A stretch of 64,000 nucleotides of DNA from Oceanispirochaeta sp. GTDB lineage: Bacteria; Spirochaetota; Spirochaetia; DSM-2461. The DNA lies in assembly GCA_963663385.2 (NCBI GenBank), contig CAXXXD010000001.1, forward strand, positions 416,001 to 480,000, in the 5' to 3' direction. The notes below the pieces were generated by a model. That model was not told the DNA's origin. It saw only the letters and a list, made by a program, of their open reading frames with translations, and did not search any database. This document shows, piece by piece, positions 16,668 to 27,274 of the stretch. How positions within the stretch are numbered: the first letter of the stretch is position 1; every line of letters starts with the position of its first letter. Made by a program: the position numbers and the translations under genes.

Positions 16668-18818
16668 ATGAACAAAATTGAAAAAAGACCCTTAAAAGAA
16701 ATAGGATATGATTTTATCGGTAAAAAGTATATTCCAGATGGCAAGGATGAATACTATCTGAGGAATAGACAGGTTAAAAACTGGAAGAACTTTAGACAAC
16801 TCACAGCACATGAAATCGAAATTCTGGTTAAAAATGACAATTCTGCCGACAGCTGGAACGATATACTTGTTACAGACAGCTTTAACCCGAAACTGGTTAA
16901 AAATAATCAGTTTCATGGATTAATAAGAATAGGAGATCTGGAGAACTATTATCTGGAGTTTCATGATATCCGCCAGCCTGTCGGTATTTATAACTCCCAG
17001 ATTATATCCTGTGATATTGGTTCCAATGTATCCATAAATAACGTAAACCTTCTTTCACACTATATAATCAGGGATGAAGTAATTCTTCAGAATATTCATG
17101 AAATGGTAACAACCAGTTATGCCAAATTCGGAAATGGTATTATTAAAGAGGGAGAAGAAGAATCCCTGAGGGTATGGATAGAAGTCTGTAATGAGAATGG
17201 AGGACGTAAAATCGTTCCTTTTAATGCCATGCTGACGGGAGATGCCTGGTTATGGTCCCGCTATAGAAACAGAGATAAACTCATGCAGGCATTTCTTGAA
17301 ATGACACAGAATGAAGAAGATGCCCATCGGGGATTTTACGGGACCATCGGAACCCGTTCTGTTCTCAAGCACTGCCGGATATTGAAGGATGTTCATGTAG
17401 GAAGCGATGCTTATATAAAAGGTTCCAACAAGCTTAAAAACTTGACAATAAACAGTAATGCCGAATCTCCTACTCAGATTGGGGAGGGGGTTGAACTTGT
17501 TAATGGGATTGTAGGCTTTGGCTGCCATATATTTTATGGCGTTAAGGCCGTACGCTTTATAATGGACGATTATACCAATCTAAAATACGGCGCCCGTCTT
17601 ATAAACTCCTATCTGGGGAGCAATTCCACTATTTCCTGCTGTGAAGTTTTAAACTCACTGATTTTTCCCGGTCATGAACAACACCATAACAGTTCTTTCC
17701 TCTGCGCCTCTACTATATACGGCCAGAGCAATATGGCTTCCGGAGCCACTATTGGATCCAATCATAATTCAAGGGGTAATGATGGCGAAATTATTGCCGG
17801 AAGAGGTTTCTGGCCCGGACTGTGTACAAGTTTGAAGCATAACTCCCTTTTCGCCTCTTTTAATCTCCTGGTAAAAGGTTCCTACCCATCTGAAATAAAT
17901 AATCCCCTCCCCTTTTCCCTCATTTCCAATACCGAGGAGAGTTTGATTATCATCCCGGCTTACTGGTTTGCTTATAATATGTATGCATTAGCCAGAAATT
18001 CCTGGAAATACAAAGACAGAGACAAAAGGATAAATAGGAAACAGCACCTGGAATTCAATTATCTGGCACCGGATACGATTAATGAAATGTTAAACGCTCT
18101 CCAGATGCTTAGAAATTGGACAGAAGCCAATGAACTGTTTATAGAATCGTCCTATTCAGACCCCCATGATTTTTTACAGAAGGAAAATCTGAAACAGTTG
18201 AGAGCGGACCATATTGAAAATGGCAAAAGAAACGTCAAAATCATAAAACCGTCCCAGGCATATTCGCTCTATATCGATTTTATCTATTATTATGCCGTAT
18301 ATACCATAATAAATCATGTCGAACATACAGGAGATAGTATTGACGATATTCATGCCCTGTACGAATCCTGTAACGAGATTAGAGCATCATGGCTGAATGT
18401 AGGCGGCCAGCTGATAAAAGAAGAGAAGATAATGTCACTCATTGAAAAAATCGAAAATAGACAAATTCAATGCTGGTCTGAAGTGCATGATTTTTACAGG
18501 GAAGAAGAGGAACATTACAGTAAAGAAGTGCTGATTAATGCTTTGAAAGCCCTGAAAGAAATGGAAAAATTATCTGGAAACAAAGAGATAAACTGGAAAA
18601 CAGTCATTCAGAAGGGAATTATAATTCAAAAAAATATTGCTCAAAAAACTAAAGAGTCACGGGAAAAAGACTATAAGAATGAATACCGCAATATGACATA
18701 CTCTAATGAAGAAGAAAGGGATGCCGTGATTGGAAAGCTGACTGATAATTCCTTCATCAGCCATATCTATAAGGAAACAGAGTTATTTGAAAAAAAAGCT
18801 CTGGGTTTAATTAAGTAA
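16668..18818 (+). CDS. DUF4954-family protein (beta-helix-like repeats)
   Basis: FGNG..CNENGGR, SCCEV, HEQHHNSSFL, GSNHNSR, IPAYWF..NMYALARN motifs. Confidence 0.8.
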   Translation: MNKIEKRPLKEIGYDFIGKKYIPDGKDEYYLRNRQVKNWKNFRQLTAHEIEILVKNDNSADSWNDILVTDSFNPKLVKNNQFHGLIRIGDLENYYLEFHDIRQPVGIYNSQIISCDIGSNVSINNVNLLSHYIIRDEVILQNIHEMVTTSYAKFGNGIIKEGEEESLRVWIEVCNENGGRKIVPFNAMLTGDAWLWSRYRNRDKLMQAFLEMTQNEEDAHRGFYGTIGTRSVLKHCRILKDVHVGSDAYIKGSNKLKNLTINSNAESPTQIGEGVELVNGIVGFGCHIFYGVKAVRFIMDDYTNLKYGARLINSYLGSNSTISCCEVLNSLIFPGHEQHHNSSFLCASTIYGQSNMASGATIGSNHNSRGNDGEIIAGRGFWPGLCTSLKHNSLFASFNLLVKGSYPSEINNPLPFSLISNTEESLIIIPAYWFAYNMYALARNSWKYKDRDKRINRKQHLEFNYLAPDTINEMLNALQMLRNWTEANELFIESSYSDPHDFLQKENLKQLRADHIENGKRNVKIIKPSQAYSLYIDFIYYYAVYTIINHVEHTGDSIDDIHALYESCNEIRASWLNVGGQLIKEEKIMSLIEKIENRQIQCWSEVHDFYREEEEHYSKEVLINALKALKEMEKLSGNKEINWKTVIQKGIIIQKNIAQKTKESREKDYKNEYRNMTYSNEEERDAVIGKLTDNSFISHIYKETELFEKKALGLIK

Positions 18819-19692
18819 TAATTTCATAAATACGATCCAGATCATCAGGGGAAAAATAGGATATCTCTATTTTCCCTTTTTTAAGGTTACCCTTTACCTG
18901 AACTTTAGTACCGAAGCGATCAATGAATTTCTGCTCTATATTCAGAATATCCGGTTCTTTGTTTTTAAGAACCGGTCTTTTTTCCTCTTTTTCCTTAATC
19001 CTTTTTCCATTATTAAGATCTTCTACCATTTTTTCCGCTTCACGAACGGATAGGCCATCATTCCTGATTCTGGAATGAAGAATTTTCTGATCAGCAGGAT
19101 TCACACAGGCAAGTATAGCTCTGGCATGACCTGAACTGATTAGACCAGCAGAAACAGAGTCCTGAACATCCTGCGGAAGATTCAATAAGCGTAGGCTATT
19201 GGCAATGGTCGATCTTTTTTTACCTACCTTGTCGGCTATCTGCTGCTGATTGAAACCCATGGCATCCATAATATGACGATAAGCCATAGCCTCTTCTATT
19301 GGAGACAGATCTTCCCGCTGGATATTTTCTATTAAAGCTATCTCAAGTTTTTCCTCTTCTGTAAAATCCCTCACTAAAGCAGGGATATTATCCCTACCGG
19401 CAAGCGATGAAGCCCTGAAGCGCCTTTCACCTGCAATTATGATATACTGGCTGCCTTTCTGTTCAACAATAATAGGCTGTATAACACCATTTGAAAGAAT
19501 TGATTCCGAAAGCTCCCTCAAAGACTCTTCGCTGAAGTTTTTTCTGGGCTGATCAGGATTGGTAAGAATTTCAGAGAGAGGTATTAACTGGATAGCATCC
19601 TGAATATCAGGCGTTATTCCTTCTTCAAAATTATCATCCAGGCTCAACAGGGCATCAAGTCCCATGCCGCCCAAAGCTTTCTTTTTAGACAC
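18811..19692 (-). CDS. parB: Chromosome partitioning protein ParB/Spo0J
   Basis: NPDQPRK, IAGERRFRA, ENIQREDL, HTH. Confidence 0.96.
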   Translation of the reverse strand: MSKKKALGGMGLDALLSLDDNFEEGITPDIQDAIQLIPLSEILTNPDQPRKNFSEESLRELSESILSNGVIQPIIVEQKGSQYIIIAGERRFRASSLAGRDNIPALVRDFTEEEKLEIALIENIQREDLSPIEEAMAYRHIMDAMGFNQQQIADKVGKKRSTIANSLRLLNLPQDVQDSVSAGLISSGHARAILACVNPADQKILHSRIRNDGLSVREAEKMVEDLNNGKRIKEKEEKRPVLKNKEPDILNIEQKFIDRFGTKVQVKGNLKKGKIEISYFSPDDLDRIYEIIT

Positions 19693-20458
19693 GATCTAGA
19701 ACCTCTTGTGACAGTTTTTCATAGCACTTCGCCCCTATACAGGATGCATCATACATATTGATAGGAACTCCATGAGAAGGTGCTTCTGATAACCTTATAT
19801 TCCTCGGTATGACTGTTGAAAACAACATCTCAGGGCTCTGTTTGAAGGAATCCCGGACACTTTTTATTACTTCCTTCCCCAGATTCGTTCTTGAATCATA
19901 CATTGTGAAAATAATCCCCCCTATTTTAAGATGGGGATTAAGGTTTTTTTGAACTCTTTTAATCGTCATTGAATACATATACTTCAAACCTTCAAGAGCA
20001 AAATATTCACATTGCAGAGGTATAATTACATAATCGGAAGCTATAAAACCGTTTATGGTAAGAACACCTAATGAGGGAGGACAATCAATCAGAATATAAT
20101 CATACCGTCGTTTAACAGGTTCAATTGTTTTTTTAAGAATATGAAGAGACTCTTTTTTATCCACTTTATTCAATTCAACCGTAGCACCGGATAAATTCAG
20201 ATTGGATGAAATTATATCCATACCCTTCTGTGGAGATGAACTGATGGCTCTCTCTACACTGATATCACCCATCATGGCTTCGTAGATACTATTATCAGTA
20301 TCAGAAATTCCAAGACTGCTGGATAGGTTTCCCTGAGGGTCAAAATCTATCAGAAGAACCTTTTTTCCTTTCTGTGCCATATAAGCACCGATATTGACAG
20401 TTGTAGTAGTCTTTCCGACCCCACCTTTTTGGTTTGCAAAAACAATAACCTTACTCAT
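19685..20458 (-). CDS. parA: Chromosome partitioning ATPase ParA/Soj
   Basis: NQKGGVGKTT, DCPPSLG, QCEYFALEG, IPRNIRLSEAPS. Confidence 0.96.
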   Translation of the reverse strand: MSKVIVFANQKGGVGKTTTTVNIGAYMAQKGKKVLLIDFDPQGNLSSSLGISDTDNSIYEAMMGDISVERAISSSPQKGMDIISSNLNLSGATVELNKVDKKESLHILKKTIEPVKRRYDYILIDCPPSLGVLTINGFIASDYVIIPLQCEYFALEGLKYMYSMTIKRVQKNLNPHLKIGGIIFTMYDSRTNLGKEVIKSVRDSFKQSPEMLFSTVIPRNIRLSEAPSHGVPINMYDASCIGAKCYEKLSQEVLDRV

Positions 20459-20465
20459 AGGCTGA

Positions 20466-20494
20466 ATTATATCTGATCACTTATTTCTTGTCAC
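20466..20494 (-). promoter_or_regulatory. Sigma-70 promoter of parAB, probably leaderless
   Basis: GTGACA-17-TATAAT, 7 nt to ATG. Confidence 0.7.
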
Positions 20495-20596
20495 TTCAAT
20501 TGATTAATGTTGACCAATATCTTTTATTTAATTATTTTTAATATTCTAGAATACTTTTCATATAATATAAAAATTCTATATATTTAGGAGAATAAA

Positions 20597-20821
20597 GTGA
20601 TAAAAGAAAAAGTACAGAAGGCTCTGGAAGATGTTAGACCTTCCCTTCAGGCTGATGGTGGAGATATAGAGCTTGTAGAAGTAAAAGAGGATGGAACTGT
20701 CCTTGTTAAGCTGAAAGGCGCATGCAACGGCTGTCCAATGTCTCAAATGACTCTCAAACAGGGTGTAGAGGCATACCTGAAAAAACAAATTCCAGAAGTT
20801 TTAACTGTTGAGTCTGTTTAA
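20597..20821 (+). CDS. NifU/NfuA-type Fe-S carrier
   Basis: VRPSLQADGGD..GACNGCP; SD AGGAG. Confidence 0.92.
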   Translation: MIKEKVQKALEDVRPSLQADGGDIELVEVKEDGTVLVKLKGACNGCPMSQMTLKQGVEAYLKKQIPEVLTVESV

Positions 20822-20943
20822 ATCATTTTTATAGCACTTTGTTCCGATAATTAATTAAACTTGATTTTTTTTGATAATGCTATAAATTTTAGTTAAAGTC
20901 CGGTCCTTATTAATCCGGACTTTAGCCGTTCAAAGGAACTACA

Positions 20944-22020
20944 ATGAGTGCAACAAAATATCAGAAATTCAATAATTCCTTATTAGATAAGGAATTATTA
21001 TATAAATTCCCTAAAATAGAATTACATCGTCATTTAGAAGGTACTTTTGATATTGATACGCTCTACGAAATATCCGTAAAAAATGATATGGATACCCCCC
21101 GTGATAGAACGGCATTTAAAGAATATTGTCAGTTTCCTAAAAATCATGATCCCGATTTCCTTTTATTTCTTAAAAAATTTCACAATAACTGGTATCAATC
21201 TTATGATGATGTTCAAAAATTGATCTACAACTCAGTCAGAAATATAAAAAAAGAAGGTCTTCATTATATTGAACTTCGTTTTTCTCCAGAACACTATGCA
21301 CTGGAAAATAATTACGACCGTATAGATATTACAAGGATTGCTCTGGAAGCGTCACAGGCTGCTGCAGATGAGACAAATCTCAAAATAAAGTATTTATTAA
21401 CCTTTAATAGAGGAAAACAGAGTCCGGAAGAGATGCTGGAATTATATAAAAGAATTCTGGATCAAAACTTTGAAGATATAATTGGAGTGGACCTGGCTGG
21501 TGATGAAACTCATTTTCCTCCCGAACTGTTTATTTCTTTCTTTGATGAAGTTCATAAGATTGGAAAGCATAAAATCGATATTCATGCCGGAGAAATATGT
21601 GATTCAGATCAGATATGGACCTCAATTAACGATCTGCATGCCAGTAGAATTGGACATGGTATATCCTCCTATTATGATAAAGAACTGCAGCAGGAGTTAA
21701 AGGACAGAAATATAAGCCTGTGCCAATGCCTAATTTCAAATTATCAGACAAATGCCTGGGCAGATTCCAGAAATCACCCCATTAAATATAATTTTGAGAA
21801 TGACATACCCGTATCCATCAATTCAGATGATCCTACAATTCAAAATGCTGATCTTGTAGAAGATTATTATAAAGTAATTGAATACCTTGGTTTTACTTTT
21901 GCTGATCTTGTTAAAATAAATCTTAATACTATTGATGCTTCTTTTCTGAAGGAAAAGGAGATAAAAGCACTGAAAAAGAGCTATCTTAATGAAATAGATA
22001 ATTTCATTAAGAACAATTAA
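20944..22020 (+). CDS. add: Adenosine deaminase family protein
   Basis: ELHRHLEG, DLAGDE, HAGE, RIGHG, SDDP. Confidence 0.9.
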   Translation: MSATKYQKFNNSLLDKELLYKFPKIELHRHLEGTFDIDTLYEISVKNDMDTPRDRTAFKEYCQFPKNHDPDFLLFLKKFHNNWYQSYDDVQKLIYNSVRNIKKEGLHYIELRFSPEHYALENNYDRIDITRIALEASQAAADETNLKIKYLLTFNRGKQSPEEMLELYKRILDQNFEDIIGVDLAGDETHFPPELFISFFDEVHKIGKHKIDIHAGEICDSDQIWTSINDLHASRIGHGISSYYDKELQQELKDRNISLCQCLISNYQTNAWADSRNHPIKYNFENDIPVSINSDDPTIQNADLVEDYYKVIEYLGFTFADLVKINLNTIDASFLKEKEIKALKKSYLNEIDNFIKNN

Positions 22021-22028
22021 TTCATACT

Positions 22029-22158
22029 TTATCCACAGCTTCCTAAAAGTCCTCAAATTTGATTTATATTGAGATAATTCTATTAATATATAGTATTTAT
22101 TCCCACATTTTCACTTAATATTTTTTGGAATAGGAAAATTATTAACAACTTATCCACA
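22029..22158 (+). promoter_or_regulatory. DnaA boxes next to parS
   Basis: Perfect TTATCCACA at 22029-22037 and 22150-22158. Confidence 0.7.
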
Positions 22159-22177
22159 GACAGCTTAAACCTTGTAG

Positions 22178-22193
22178 TGTTTCACGTGAAACA
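22178..22193. promoter_or_regulatory. parS: parS site 1
   Basis: Perfect TGTTTCACGTGAAACA. Confidence 0.95.
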
Positions 22194-22332
22194 TTTAAAT
22201 TTCAAATTAGCATTCCAGAATAATGATTTTTTCAACATAAAATTTATTGAAAGAATACCTTAACATATTTAGATGTTATTTTCTATTCTGAAGATTCTGA
22301 GTCTTATACATCATCAAAAAATTTTATCTAAG

Positions 22333-22348
22333 TGTTTCACGTGAAACT
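22333..22348. promoter_or_regulatory. parS: parS site 2
   Basis: TGTTTCACGTGAAACT (15/16). Confidence 0.92.
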
Positions 22349-22399
22349 TATTTACTGCTATTCAGATAAAATACAGATACTTCTATCATTACTCATAAT

Positions 22400-22434
22400 A
22401 AAAAAGGTTGCCCATCAGTCAGGCAACCTTTTTT
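22400..22434. terminator. Bidirectional terminator downstream of gyrA
   Basis: AAAAAAGGTTGCC...GGCAACCTTTTTT. Confidence 0.85.
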
Positions 22435-22441
22435 AACAAAA

Positions 22442-22457
22442 TGTTTCACGTGAAACA
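22442..22457. promoter_or_regulatory. parS: parS site 3
   Basis: Perfect TGTTTCACGTGAAACA, 2 nt from the gyrA stop. Confidence 0.95.
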
Positions 22458-22459
22458 TT

Positions 22460-24961
22460 TTATTCATCAGTAGATTCAGTTGATTCAACTTTATCTATAC
22501 TTTCCTGTCTTTCAATTCCATCATCTTCTTCATCCTCTTCTTCCTGTGCAACAGCAACACCTATAACAGAATCTCCTTCATTGAGGTTTACAACCCTTAC
22601 ACCAAAAGCATTTCTTCCAATTATTGAAATGTTCTCCAGTTTGAGTTTAATAGCTTTACCCAGAGATGAAATACATATAATAGAGTTTTCTCCACTAACA
22701 GAAAGAACAGATACAAGCTTTCCTGATTTTTCGTTTATATTATAAGCACGCTGTCCCTGTGTACCTCTTCCATGGGGATTGAAATCATCAAAATTGGTTC
22801 TTTTTCCATAGCCATTTTCAGATAAAAGAAAGAGTTGATTATCGTCATTTACTGAAGCAACTCCAATCAGGACATCATCTTTATTCAGACGGATACCTCT
22901 AACTCCGTGAGAGTTTCTACCCATACATCTCACATCATTCTCATTAATCCTTAAACCTTTTCCGTTACGGGTAATAAGCATTACATCACTATTTCCATCA
23001 GTTAATTTGGCAGAAATCAGCTTATCATCCTCATCCAGATTTATTGCAATAATACCTCTGGTTTTAGCGTTTCTGAAATCATGGGTAGTAACCCTTTTTA
23101 CAACGCCCTTTTCGGTAGCCATAAAAAGAAAGGTTTCCTCATTAAATTCTTCCAGAGGGGCCATAGTTGTTATTTCTTCTTCAGGAGCAAATTCAAACAT
23201 GGTTTTAAGGTGTTTTCCTCTGGATGCTCTGGATCCCTCAGGTATTTCATAAACCTTTAACCAGTAAGCTTTCCCCTCACTCGTTACAAACAGAATATTA
23301 CTATGGGTAGAAGCAATAAAAATGTGCTCTATAAAATCCCCATCCTTTAATGTAGCTGAATTAGAACCCTTTCCTCCCCTTCCCTGCTCTTTATAGGCAG
23401 ATACAGGAAGTCTCTTGATAAAACCTCTGTTCGAAATAAGGACAACCATATCCTCTTTTTCGATAAGATCTTCAATATTCATTGAACCTATTTCTTCAGG
23501 TCTTATTTCAGTTCTTCGCTCATCACCATATTTTTCGGATATTTCTTTGGTTTCATCTTTAACTACACCGAGAATTTTTTCTTCATGTGCTAAAAGATCT
23601 TCCAGATAGGTAATATATTCCTGAATTTCCTTCAATTCATCCAGGATTTTCTGCGTTTCGAGACTTGTAAGCTTTTGAAGTCTCATATCAAGGATAGCCT
23701 GTGCCTGAACTTCAGAAAAATCAAATCTCTGCATCAGATTAGCTCTTGCCATATTTACATTGCTGGATTTTTTAATAATCTCAACAACTTCGTCAATATT
23801 TTCCAGAGCTACTTTAAGACCTTCCAGAATATGAGCTCTTGCTTTTGCTTTCTTTAGCTCATATTCTGATCTTCTTCTTACAATTATCTGCCTGTGTCTT
23901 ATAAAGTGATCCAGCATATCACGAAGACTGCAGACCTTTGGCATACCGTCTACCAGAGCCAGGTTATTCACATTAAAATTAACCTGAAGATTGGTATGGG
24001 CAAAAAGCAGATTTAGTACAACCTTTGGTGATACGGATCTTTTAAGCTCTATATAGATACGCATTCCTTTTCTATCAGATTCATCCCTTAGATCGGATAT
24101 GCCTTCTATTTTTTTCTCTTTTATAAGATCAGCAATTCTTACAATCAGATTAGCTTTATTAACCATATAAGGAAGCTCAGTAATGATTATAGCATCTTTC
24201 TCGGTACTAACTTCTTCCAGATGGTATTTAGATCTTACAGTAATTTTACCCCTGCCTGTATTGGCAGCCTGTCTTATTCCTGATCTACCATAAATAACAC
24301 CGGCAGTAGGAAAATCCGGTCCCTTTATATATTCTAGAAGTTCATCAGTTGTTATTTCCCTGTTGTCAATAACAGCTGTTATAGCATTGCATACCTCTTT
24401 TAAATTATGAGGGGCCATATTGGTGGCCATTCCTACCGCAATACCGCTGGCACCGTTTACAAGTAGCATTGGAAATGCTGTTGGTAGAATAAGAGGTTCT
24501 TTCATGGAATCATCATAGTTAGGACCAAAATCAATCGTATCCTTTTTAATATCCATGAGAATGGCATCGGCTATCTTGGCCATACGGGCTTCTGTATAAC
24601 GCATGGCTGCAGGTGGATCACCATCAACCGATCCAAAATTACCCTGCCCCTGGACAACAGGTACTCTTAATGAAAAATCCTGAGCCAAACGAACAAGTGC
24701 ATCATAGATTGACTGATCACCATGAGGGTGAAATTTACCCAGTACATCTCCAACAATACGACCACACTTTTTATATGGTCTGTCATTTCGCAATCCCATT
24801 TCACTCATGGAATAGAGAATTCGCCTATGCACTGGCTTTAAACCATCTCTGACATCCGGAAGAGCCCGGCTGACAATAACAGACATGGCATAATTCAAAT
24901 ATGATTCTTTCATTTCATCTTCAATAGCAATCGGGATGATATTTTCAGATTGATCCTGCAC
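22460..24961 (-). CDS. gyrA: DNA gyrase subunit A
   Basis: HPHGD, AAMRYTE, GyrA box QGRGGKG. Confidence 0.98.
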   Translation of the reverse strand: MQDQSENIIPIAIEDEMKESYLNYAMSVIVSRALPDVRDGLKPVHRRILYSMSEMGLRNDRPYKKCGRIVGDVLGKFHPHGDQSIYDALVRLAQDFSLRVPVVQGQGNFGSVDGDPPAAMRYTEARMAKIADAILMDIKKDTIDFGPNYDDSMKEPLILPTAFPMLLVNGASGIAVGMATNMAPHNLKEVCNAITAVIDNREITTDELLEYIKGPDFPTAGVIYGRSGIRQAANTGRGKITVRSKYHLEEVSTEKDAIIITELPYMVNKANLIVRIADLIKEKKIEGISDLRDESDRKGMRIYIELKRSVSPKVVLNLLFAHTNLQVNFNVNNLALVDGMPKVCSLRDMLDHFIRHRQIIVRRRSEYELKKAKARAHILEGLKVALENIDEVVEIIKKSSNVNMARANLMQRFDFSEVQAQAILDMRLQKLTSLETQKILDELKEIQEYITYLEDLLAHEEKILGVVKDETKEISEKYGDERRTEIRPEEIGSMNIEDLIEKEDMVVLISNRGFIKRLPVSAYKEQGRGGKGSNSATLKDGDFIEHIFIASTHSNILFVTSEGKAYWLKVYEIPEGSRASRGKHLKTMFEFAPEEEITTMAPLEEFNEETFLFMATEKGVVKRVTTHDFRNAKTRGIIAINLDEDDKLISAKLTDGNSDVMLITRNGKGLRINENDVRCMGRNSHGVRGIRLNKDDVLIGVASVNDDNQLFLLSENGYGKRTNFDDFNPHGRGTQGQRAYNINEKSGKLVSVLSVSGENSIICISSLGKAIKLKLENISIIGRNAFGVRVVNLNEGDSVIGVAVAQEEEDEEDDGIERQESIDKVESTESTDE

Positions 24962-24980
24962 AATTAACTCCTAAGAAAGC

Positions 24981-26888
24981 TTATACATCAAGGTTTGATA
25001 CTGACAGAGCATTATCTTCAATAAACCTCCGTCTTGGTGGGACATCTTCTCCCATGAGAGTTGTAAACATCTCATCAGCAGCAACAAAATCTTCCAGTTT
25101 AACTACTTTCATAAATCTTGTTTCCGGATTCATGGTAGTTTCCCACAACTGCTCCGGATTCATCTCTCCCAAACCTTTATATCTCTGAATACCAATTTTA
25201 TCTTCTGATACATCCAAACCTTCCAGATATTTTTCTTTTTCTGCATCATCATAGACATAATGAGATTTTCCGTTGGCTGTAATCTTATAAAGAGGCGGCA
25301 TGGCCAGATATACATGACCTGCTTCAATCAGAGGCTTCATATACCTGAAGAAGAATGTTAACAGTAGAGTACGAATATGAGAACCGTCTACATCAGCATC
25401 CGCCATAATAATTACTTTATGGTATCTCAGTTTCTCCAGATTGAATTCTTCGCCAATATTAGCTCCTAAAGCGGTAATAACTGGAAGCATTTTTTCATTG
25501 GAAATAACTTTTTCAACTCTTGTTTTTTCCACATTTATCATTTTTCCCCAAAGAGGTAGAATGGCTTGAAATTTTCTATCCCTTCCCATTTTGGCACTGC
25601 CGCCGGCTGAGTCTCCCTCAACTATGTAAACCTCACAGTTTTCAGGATTTTTATCGGCACAGTCTGCCAGTTTACCAGGAAGACCTGTGCTTTCAAGAAA
25701 GCCCTTCCTACGGGTCAAGTCCCTTGCTCTTCGTGCGGCTGCTCTTGCCTTGGAAGCCGTTATGGATTTTTCCAGAATCAAGTCTATAACCTGAGGGTGT
25801 TCCTCGAGATAGGAAGTAAGTCTTTCACTTACAAGTGAATCAACAATACCCCTTACTTCAGAGTTTCCCAGTTTGGTTTTAGTCTGCCCCTCAAATTGAG
25901 GTTCCGGTACTTTAACGGAAATAACACAGGTTAAACCTTCTCTTACATCATCTCCTGTTAAATTTTCATCCATTTTCTTTACCAGTTTGGATTTTTTCAG
26001 AAAATCATTAAGTGTGCGTGTTAAGGCTGATTTAAGACCTGATAGATGGGACCCTCCCTCTTTAGTATTAATATTATTAACATAGGAAAAAATAGTTTCT
26101 GCAAATCCTTCATTATACTGAAGAGACAGCTCTACTATAACATTATCTTTTTCTGACTCAAAATAGACCGGTTCTTCAAAAATGGGTGTTTTGCTTTTGT
26201 TCAAATATTGAACAAAAGATTTTACTCCACCTTCAAATTTAAAAGATCTCTCCTTTTCCGGCATTACCCTTTCATCAATCAGCTTTATCTCAATACCCTT
26301 GTTCAAAAAAGCAAGTTCTCTTAATCGATTGGAGAGAATATCATAACTGAACTCTCCCTCATCAAAAATAGAATCATCCGGGAAAAACCTAACAATAGTA
26401 CCGGTTTTATCGGTATCACCTATTACTTTTACCGCTTCCTCCGGAATTCCTATTCTATATTTCTGAAAATGTATCTTACTGTCTCTATGAACAGAAACTT
26501 CACACCAGCTTGAGAGGGCATTCACTACCGATACACCAACACCGTGTAAACCACCTGAGACTTTATAGGTATCCTTATCAAACTTTCCGCCTGCATGAAG
26601 CTTTGTCATTACTACTTCAAGAGCACTTACATGTTCTGCCGGATGCATATCAACAGGTATTCCCCGTCCGTTATCTACAACACGAATAATATTCCCTTCT
26701 TCAATGTAAGCAGATATTTCTGTACAATAACCGGCTAATGCTTCATCAATACTATTATCAACAATCTCATACACCAGATGATGTAATCCTTCAGGACCTG
26801 TGGATCCTATATACATACCTGGTCTTTTCCGAACAGCCTCCAGACCTTTTAATATCTGAATATGCTGAGCATCGTAATTATCCTGCAT
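24981..26888 (-). CDS. gyrB: DNA gyrase subunit B
   Basis: [36 protein letters not shown]. Confidence 0.98.
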   Translation of the reverse strand: MQDNYDAQHIQILKGLEAVRKRPGMYIGSTGPEGLHHLVYEIVDNSIDEALAGYCTEISAYIEEGNIIRVVDNGRGIPVDMHPAEHVSALEVVMTKLHAGGKFDKDTYKVSGGLHGVGVSVVNALSSWCEVSVHRDSKIHFQKYRIGIPEEAVKVIGDTDKTGTIVRFFPDDSIFDEGEFSYDILSNRLRELAFLNKGIEIKLIDERVMPEKERSFKFEGGVKSFVQYLNKSKTPIFEEPVYFESEKDNVIVELSLQYNEGFAETIFSYVNNINTKEGGSHLSGLKSALTRTLNDFLKKSKLVKKMDENLTGDDVREGLTCVISVKVPEPQFEGQTKTKLGNSEVRGIVDSLVSERLTSYLEEHPQVIDLILEKSITASKARAAARRARDLTRRKGFLESTGLPGKLADCADKNPENCEVYIVEGDSAGGSAKMGRDRKFQAILPLWGKMINVEKTRVEKVISNEKMLPVITALGANIGEEFNLEKLRYHKVIIMADADVDGSHIRTLLLTFFFRYMKPLIEAGHVYLAMPPLYKITANGKSHYVYDDAEKEKYLEGLDVSEDKIGIQRYKGLGEMNPEQLWETTMNPETRFMKVVKLEDFVAADEMFTTLMGEDVPPRRRFIEDNALSVSNLDV

Positions 26889-27010
26889 TTTTTGTACCTA
26901 AAATTGTTATTTGATAAGATAAATCAGTATATATTCGTGAGATAAAAAAGTAAAGACAGTCCATCTCTTGTCATAAAAATCATTTTAACCTAATATACCC
27001 CCCATTCTCC

Positions 27011-27248
27011 TGTTGATAATTTGTGGATAAATCGAATTAATCAATTGTACTACAGGAAATACAAAGGCTATAATTTAGGAATAACTTATTTTGTTTTCAT
27101 CCAGATTTGTGGATAACAATAACATCTACATACAAGATAAGTATTTAACTTGTTAATAAATCTAATAATGAATGTTTCATGTTTTTTTTTATTATCAGGC
27201 CCATTATCATATATACTAATTAAGCATCCCTTTGATTAATGTGGATAA
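27011..27248 (-). promoter_or_regulatory. DnaA boxes upstream of dnaA (oriC left part / autoregulation)
   Basis: TGTGGATAA at 27022, 27108 and 27240; TGTTGATAA at 27011. Confidence 0.85.
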
Positions 27249-27274
27249 ACTGTTAACTGGAGTAAAATTAACTA

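Noticed and set aside
20822..20943. Purine riboswitch upstream of add
   Set aside because: No three-way junction or conserved TTTCTACC core
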